From: Limnochordia bacterium
GTDB taxonomy: Bacteria > Bacillota > Limnochordia > DTU080
Direction of reading: 5' to 3'
Assembly (NCBI GenBank): GCA_050951545.1
Contig: JBMNJG010000003.1
Location: 96,001 to 160,000 of the forward strand
Length of the DNA stretch: 64,000 nt
Shown: positions 58,357-64,000 of the stretch, piece by piece
Layout of the letters: each line of letters begins with the position of its first letter
Position numbering within the stretch: the stretch's first letter is position 1
Program-made: the position numbers and the translations under genes
Notes under the pieces: generated by a model
Told to the model about the DNA's origin: nothing
Database searches by the model: none
The model's input: only the letters and a program-made list of their open reading frames with translations

Positions 58357-59595
58357 TCATCTGTCTGAACCGACAACGTGCAACTGGAATTCACTATGCA
58401 GCGTGGCAATCGCCAACGCCGCCTCTTCCTCTCGCACCAGGCAGGAGATGTTCGCGTGTGAGTCAGTACTCTGGTAGATAAGCACGCCGACGCTCGCCAG
58501 AGCCCCTGCCACCCTGGCCATCACGCCAGGTACGCCATGCATGCCTGCCCCAACCACCGATACCTTGGCAAAGCCAGGCACTATCTCTACGGGTAGGCTG
58601 AGTCGCCCTAGGACCCCCCTTGCCATCTCCACGTGCGAGCTGGCAATGGTCACTCGGAGCTGACTTGGCGACACCCCGATCATATCTACGCTGATCCCTG
58701 CGTCGCCCAGGGCTTGAAAAAAGGCAGCCGGAACAGCCTCTTGGGTCGCCGCCGTCATGTCGAGGCGGATCTGAGCTCGACCCGGCACGTGAGCAATGCC
58801 GACCACCAGCCGATCATTCGTCACCTCACCGTTTCGCCCCGGAACACGCCCATCTGTGATCAACGTGCCGGAGCCATCGCCCGCCGTGCAGCGTATCTTT
58901 AGCGGGACTCGCCCCTCGCGGGCTATCTGCACAGCCCTTGGGTGAACAACTCTGGCACCCAAGAGAGCCATCTCGACAACCTCGGAGTAAGTCATACGCT
59001 CCAGAGTCACGGCCTGAGGAACCACGCGAGGATCGGCAGTCTTCACACCATCGACATCTGTGAAGATCTCCACCAGCTCGGCGCCGAGAGCCACCCCGAC
59101 AACAGCGGCAGACGTGTCGCTGGCTCCGCGTCCCAGCGTAGTGATATCCCCATTTGTGGTGATTCCCTGAAACCCCGTGATGACTGGTATATTCCCGTCT
59201 TCCAGTTCGCGCAGAAGGCGATCAGTACTCACCCACAGGACACGGGCCTCGCCGAATTGGTTATCTGTCGTGATGCCTGCTTGGGCACCAGTCAGGGCCA
59301 CAGCTGGCAACCCCCTGCGCTTCATGGTGAGGGCCATGATGGCCGCTGAGACAACCTCTCCACAAGACATCAGCAGGTCGAGTTCCCGAGATCCGTCAGA
59401 ATCACCAGCCTCCCGAGCCAAGCCAACCAGAGTGTCGGTCGCGTAGGGATCACCTTTGCGCCCCATCGCAGACACCACTACTACTGGCCTCAGCCCCTCC
59501 CCCATAGCCCGTGACACGTGCCTAATCGCATTCTCACGTAACGGCGCGGTAGCCACAGAGGAACCGCCAAACTTCTGCACGACGATCTTCAACAC
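58357..59595 (-). CDS. dapG: aspartate kinase I
   Basis: QKFGGSSV, VVSAMGRKGDPYATD, TTLGRGASDT; spoVF-asd-dapG-dapA order. Confidence 0.93.
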   Translation of the reverse strand: MLKIVVQKFGGSSVATAPLRENAIRHVSRAMGEGLRPVVVVSAMGRKGDPYATDTLVGLAREAGDSDGSRELDLLMSCGEVVSAAIMALTMKRRGLPAVALTGAQAGITTDNQFGEARVLWVSTDRLLRELEDGNIPVITGFQGITTNGDITTLGRGASDTSAAVVGVALGAELVEIFTDVDGVKTADPRVVPQAVTLERMTYSEVVEMALLGARVVHPRAVQIAREGRVPLKIRCTAGDGSGTLITDGRVPGRNGEVTNDRLVVGIAHVPGRAQIRLDMTAATQEAVPAAFFQALGDAGISVDMIGVSPSQLRVTIASSHVEMARGVLGRLSLPVEIVPGFAKVSVVGAGMHGVPGVMARVAGALASVGVLIYQSTDSHANISCLVREEEAALAIATLHSEFQLHVVGSDR

Positions 59596-59619
59596 CGCAT
59601 CACCACCGCACATGAGGAT

Positions 59620-60654
59620 CTACACCATATCGTGCTCCACCATATGCTCTGCGATCTGCACACTGTTAAGCGCAGCACCCTTGCGGATCTGATCACCCAC
59701 GACCCAGAGATTGAGGGCGTTTGGCAAGGAATTATCCTCGCGAATGCGTCCCACAAAAACGGGGTCTTGACCAGCGGCATCTACAGGCATCGGATATTCC
59801 ATGTGGTCGGGATCATCTTGTACGACAATCCCAGAAGCCTCGCCAAGGATTCGCCGCGCCTCCTCCGCAGAAACTGGTCCGGAAAACTCGATATTGATGC
59901 TCTCTGAATGACTGCGAAACACTGGCACCCGTACTGTGGTAGCAGTCACCTTCAGGTTGGGCTCTCGGAGGATCTTCTGTGTCTCATAGACCATCTTCCA
60001 CTCCTCGCGGGTGTAACCCATATCCTGGAAGGAATCAATGTGTGGTAGTAAGTTAAATGCTATCTGGTAATGCTTGCTCGCCCCCGCACATGGCAGAAGA
60101 CGGGCTTGCAGAGGCTGGCCAGCCACGTAGGCCTGAACCTGCTGCTCCAGTTCCTCGATAGCTCGAGCACCAGCCCCTGACACCGCCTGATAGGTGGAAA
60201 CCACAACTCGCTTTATCGGCATGGCCTTATGCAGGGGACCCAGCACCATTGCCATGATGGTCGTTGAACAGTTGGGGTTGGCAATGATGCCCTTGTGACT
60301 GGCTATATCATCAGCATTCACTTCGGGAACGATCAACGGCACCTCGGGATCCATGCGGAAAGCACTCGTATTGTCAATGACGACAGCTCCAGCAGCAAGG
60401 GCATGCGGCACGTACTCAAGGCTGACACTGCCTCCGGCACTAAAAAACGCCACCTTGATGCCAGCGAAACTCTGCGGGCTCAGAGCCTCCACAACGTACT
60501 CACGGTCACCCACTGCCAGCCTTCTGCCAGCACTGCGCGGCGAAGCTAACAGCCGCAGCTCGTCACAGGGAAAGCCTCGTTTGACAAGCAGCCCTAGAAG
60601 CTCCTCTCCTACCGCACCAGTTGCTCCGACAATTGCCACATTACGCTTGCGCAT
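59620..60654 (-). CDS. asd: aspartate-semialdehyde dehydrogenase
   Basis: GATGAVG, IANPNCST, STYQAVSGAG, DQIRKGAALN. Confidence 0.97.
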   Translation of the reverse strand: MRKRNVAIVGATGAVGEELLGLLVKRGFPCDELRLLASPRSAGRRLAVGDREYVVEALSPQSFAGIKVAFFSAGGSVSLEYVPHALAAGAVVIDNTSAFRMDPEVPLIVPEVNADDIASHKGIIANPNCSTTIMAMVLGPLHKAMPIKRVVVSTYQAVSGAGARAIEELEQQVQAYVAGQPLQARLLPCAGASKHYQIAFNLLPHIDSFQDMGYTREEWKMVYETQKILREPNLKVTATTVRVPVFRSHSESINIEFSGPVSAEEARRILGEASGIVVQDDPDHMEYPMPVDAAGQDPVFVGRIREDNSLPNALNLWVVGDQIRKGAALNSVQIAEHMVEHDMV

Positions 60655-60683
60655 TAGCTTTCCCCCACTCAAACCACCCTGAG

Positions 60684-61295
60684 TTACAGCACCACCCGCT
60701 TGCTGCGCTCCACGAGCACAGGCTGCAGCTGTCGACCCTCCAAGGCGGCCTGTATTGTCTCTACGATCTTGCCGAAATCGGCCACACATGAGTTTGGCTT
60801 GGCGTCCGGATTGTCTTGCCCAAAAGGCACTACATAGACGTGACGCATATTGAGCACATTTCCAAGATTGCGGGCGTTGGCCCCTAAAGCATCATTCGTC
60901 GAGATGGCCAGCACTACGGGGCGCAGATTTCGCAGAGTACCCTTTGCCGCCATCAACACGGGCGTATCGGTCACAGCGTTCGCCAACTTGCCCAGCGTGT
61001 TACCCGTGCAGGGTGCGATAGCAAAGCAGTCAAACAGCAACTTCTGACCTGTCGGTTCTGCCTTGACGATGCTCGTGATCGGTTCCCGACCCGTAAGCTG
61101 AACCAAACGCTCTACTAGTGTCTTAGCTGTACCGAACCGAGTATCAGTCTCGGCCACTGCTGGAGATAGCACTGGTATCACACGTGCCCCCTCGCGCATC
61201 AGGCGTTCCATCTGGGGCAGAACTTCCTCGTAGCTGCAGTGTGACCCTGTCAAACCCCATCCGATGCACTTGTCCGCCAGTTGCACTCGCCCCAC
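60684..61295 (-). CDS. spoVFB: dipicolinate synthase subunit B
   Basis: GLTGSHCS, APCTGNTLGKLANA, PFGQDNP. Confidence 0.95.
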   Translation of the reverse strand: MGRVQLADKCIGWGLTGSHCSYEEVLPQMERLMREGARVIPVLSPAVAETDTRFGTAKTLVERLVQLTGREPITSIVKAEPTGQKLLFDCFAIAPCTGNTLGKLANAVTDTPVLMAAKGTLRNLRPVVLAISTNDALGANARNLGNVLNMRHVYVVPFGQDNPDAKPNSCVADFGKIVETIQAALEGRQLQPVLVERSKRVVL

Positions 61296-61331
61296 CCCCT
61301 ACTCGTTAGGTGAGGGCGGAATCTCTTGTCC

Positions 61332-62219
61332 TTAGCGACGGCATAGATCAGCGATCAATCGTGGCATGGTATGAGCTAGGACCTCGCCCGCTGTCTGCGG
61401 CGCCACCTTGCCCGGTATCCCCAGATCGAGAAAGGCCTTGATCCCCTTGCGATGCGCTGCAGCAAAATCAGTACCGCCAGGCGCTGAGGCAATGTCCACG
61501 ATAAGTGCTCGCGGCTGCAAGGCTTCTATCACATCTTCCGTGAGTACAAGAGCTGGCACCGTATTATACACCACATCAGCGTCTTGCACCGCCTGTGAGA
61601 TATCCTCTAGGCGTTTGGCGGACAGACCCATTTCACGCGCCCGCGCCAACTGCGCTGGATTGCGTGCCACTACCACGACCTGAGCTCCCATGCCGTGCAG
61701 CATGCGAGCCAAGGTCATGCCGCAGCGCCCAAAACCAACAACGACGCTGCAGCTTCCGTGGATGGTGATGGGCAGCTCCTTCATCGCCCGCAAGATCGCC
61801 CCTTCAGCACTGGGAATTGAGTTAAGAATAGCTATCTCGTCATTTTCGGCTGTCTCCACGACGCGCACGTGGTGACGATCTGCTAATGCTTGCACGATCG
61901 GCTTGGCCATTCCGATGCAGAGCGTTTTTTCGGCCATGGCTGCAAAAGCAGCGTCGTCTAGCTTGAGCTCCACAGTAGAGTCCGGCCTGGCTCTGATACA
62001 TCCCTCTTCATCTGTATTGCTCATGGGTGCAACCACGACATCTGCCCTCTGCACCGCAGCTAGTAAATCGCTGTGCACAGCGCCAGCAAGGTTCGGGCGT
62101 TCATCATAGCCAACCAAAAGCACCTGCGCCCCCTGCTCAAGCAGAGCCTGCGCTAAGATCACTTCGCGCTCGTCACCCCCCAAGAGCGCCACCGTTTTCC
62201 CTTCCAGTATGCGAAGCAC
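61332..62219 (-). CDS. spoVFA: dipicolinate synthase subunit A
   Basis: GGDERE, AILNSIPSAEGAI, DIASAPGGTDF, GIPGKVAP. Confidence 0.95.
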   Translation of the reverse strand: MLRILEGKTVALLGGDEREVILAQALLEQGAQVLLVGYDERPNLAGAVHSDLLAAVQRADVVVAPMSNTDEEGCIRARPDSTVELKLDDAAFAAMAEKTLCIGMAKPIVQALADRHHVRVVETAENDEIAILNSIPSAEGAILRAMKELPITIHGSCSVVVGFGRCGMTLARMLHGMGAQVVVVARNPAQLARAREMGLSAKRLEDISQAVQDADVVYNTVPALVLTEDVIEALQPRALIVDIASAPGGTDFAAAHRKGIKAFLDLGIPGKVAPQTAGEVLAHTMPRLIADLCRR

Positions 62220-62312
62220 CGCGCTTCCCCCTCCGCCAGTGCGCAGGCTCTAGAGATCGCTTGATCCACTGACCACAGCCGCGCTAGCGACCACGCCCCC
62301 ACGGCTGCTAGT

Positions 62313-62340
62313 AATATATGTCTGGCCAAAGAGGCGGTGC
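62313..62340 (-). promoter_or_regulatory. sigma-K-like promoter of spoVF
   Basis: GCACC-15 bp-CATATATT; spoVF is sigma-K-dependent in Bacillus subtilis. Confidence 0.6.
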
Positions 62341-62361
62341 TTGTCTGCCTGAGAGGGGACC

Positions 62362-63168
62362 TCAGCTATCAAAAAGCAGGTGCTCTAAGCCGTACACAAG
62401 CCCCTGAATACTACCGACGCGTCTGATCGCCACAAGAACACCGGGCATAAAAGACTCCCTGCTCATTGAGTCGTGCCTGATGCTAAGAGTCTGCCCCAAC
62501 CCACCAAAGAGCACCTCCTGGTGCGCGACCAGACCGGGAAGGCGCACACTGTGGATATGTACCCCGTGAAAATCTCCGCCTCGTGCACCTTCCACGAGCT
62601 CCTCACTTAGTCCAACACTTCGGTTATGCACGCCCTGCCAGGTTTCGCGGATCATCTCTGCTGTCTTAATCGCCGTACCAGAGGGAGCATCTTTCTTCTG
62701 ATCATGGTGGAGCTCAATGATCTCCACGCCTGGAAAAAAGCGGGCCGCCTCACGAGCGAAGCGCATCATTAGTACGGCTCCTAAAGCAAAGTTCGGAGCA
62801 TGTACAACACCGAGTCTTCGAGTCCGAGCACGCTCATCAAGCTCCAGAAGATCATCACTGCTCAATCCCGTCGTGCCTATCACAAGACTAGTACCGGCCC
62901 CTAAGACGACCCGAGCGTTCGCCATAACAGCTCTGGGCGCAGTGAAATCGACTACGACTTCGGGGCGCAGAGCAGCCAGCGCCTGGCCCAGATCGGATGC
63001 GATAGACAACTCTATTCCGTCTATGCCCGCCAATGTGCCGACGTCTTCACCTACATACCCTGGGTCAACTGCACCTACCAGTTCCATGTCCTTGGCGCCA
63101 TGCACCGCCTTAGACACTTCCCGTCCCATCTTTCCGCCTGCCCCAGAGACGAGAACCCGCAATGCCAT
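62362..63168 (-). CDS. dapB: 4-hydroxy-tetrahydrodipicolinate reductase
   Basis: GAGGKMG, VIGTTG, ELHHDQKKDAPSGTA, HSVRLPG. Confidence 0.97.
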   Translation of the reverse strand: MALRVLVSGAGGKMGREVSKAVHGAKDMELVGAVDPGYVGEDVGTLAGIDGIELSIASDLGQALAALRPEVVVDFTAPRAVMANARVVLGAGTSLVIGTTGLSSDDLLELDERARTRRLGVVHAPNFALGAVLMMRFAREAARFFPGVEIIELHHDQKKDAPSGTAIKTAEMIRETWQGVHNRSVGLSEELVEGARGGDFHGVHIHSVRLPGLVAHQEVLFGGLGQTLSIRHDSMSRESFMPGVLVAIRRVGSIQGLVYGLEHLLFDS

Positions 63169-63222
63169 ATTCAGCACCTCTTTGACCGACTTGTCCATTC
63201 CTAGGGCACGCCGAAAAAACAC

Positions 63223-63654
63223 CTAGCGTCCGCTGCGCCGCCGGAATGATCTTTTGTCCTCCATGATATCAGATTCGGCAGACGCAAGGTACGATTCCTC
63301 ACCGTCGCTGGGAAAGGAAGCTTCTGTGGAGTTGTCCTCGTCAGCAGCAACACCGGGAACGAAGTGCAGAGTCCGCCTCGGGCTGTGTAGCCGTGATACT
63401 CTTGACCGCCCTGTCATCGGCTCTGTTGCTGCGCTTATGTCAACAATGATCAGGTCCTTGCCAACCTTCTTGACACCGTCCCACGGCACGGTGATCTCAT
63501 GTGTGGCAAATAACCCAGTGCGCTGGAAAATAACTATAGCCTCCAAAGAGCCCGTGACTGTATCGATCACGAGATCAGTTCCGGCTACGAGCCCCAGACG
63601 CATTCCCGCAGAGATGTCAACAATCTCTTTTCCCGCCATCTCGGAGTATCTCAT
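63223..63654 (-). CDS. YlmC/YmxH family PRC-barrel sporulation protein
   Basis: MRYSEMAGKEIVDI..G.RLG...VPWDGVKKVGKDLIIV; sigma-E-like GTATA...CATAAAGT upstream. Confidence 0.88.
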   Translation of the reverse strand: MRYSEMAGKEIVDISAGMRLGLVAGTDLVIDTVTGSLEAIVIFQRTGLFATHEITVPWDGVKKVGKDLIIVDISAATEPMTGRSRVSRLHSPRRTLHFVPGVAADEDNSTEASFPSDGEESYLASAESDIMEDKRSFRRRSGR

Positions 63655-63712
63655 GCCTGTCACCACCAGAGAACAAAATGACCTACAGCACTTTATGCTC
63701 TCTGGGTGCAAG

Positions 63713-64000
63713 CTATACTCCAGTCGAGCCAAACCCTCCGCTGCCGCGCTCCGTCGACTCCAACTGCTCGACTACCCGTAAAGTGGCAACGGCCACAGGC
63801 ACGAAGACCAGCTGTGCAATACGATCACCAGGATGCACTACATAAGGTTGCTCCCTGTTATTCTGGAGCACACAGACAATCTCGCCGATGTAGTCGGAGT
63901 CAATGACTCCCACCCCATTCGCCAAGTTAATGCCATGACGGGCAGCGAGGCCGCTACGAGCAAAGACTAGGCCCATGATATTCCGTTCGGGGATCTGGAT
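63713..64000 (-). CDS. dut: dUTP diphosphatase (5' end outside window)
   Basis: RSGLA, GVIDSDYIGE, GDRIAQL, RGSGGFGSTG. Confidence 0.95.
   Translation of the reverse strand: MQIPERNIMGLVFARSGLAARHGINLANGVGVIDSDYIGEIVCVLQNNREQPYVVHPGDRIAQLVFVPVAVATLRVVEQLESTERGSGGFGSTGV

Overview
High-GC, endospore-forming Bacillota (Firmicutes) chromosome segment. Core regions: the 5' end of a 16S rRNA with two promoters; PBP1A; mutS2 (frameshifted)-polX-zapA; pheST and thrS with T-boxes; rpmI-rplT behind an L20 leader with no infC; six tRNAs; ku-ligD NHEJ genes; the ylm/divIVA cluster; sleB-ypeB and coat genes; and the tepA-rnj-dapA-dapG-asd-spoVF-dapB-dut block. Three accessory features stand out. (1) A ~10.3 kb phage-satellite-like element in tRNA-Val(GAC) encodes integrase, Xis, a replication module, TerS, TerL and a scaffold-like protein, but no recognisable capsid, portal or tail. 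It has a mirror-symmetric iteron array inside the helicase gene and a copy of an att-arm repeat just upstream of terS. (2) An IS1634-family element sits in the 3' end of a formate/nitrite transporter gene. (3) An uncharacterised tandem winged-helix + PD-(D/E)XK/Vsr-like nuclease gene lies downstream of ~2.4 tandem copies of a ~410-bp, apparently non-coding unit. Items 1 and 3 are the best candidates for an undescribed system. All calls are by eye from motifs, with no database searches. Several single-base frameshifts may be sequencing errors.
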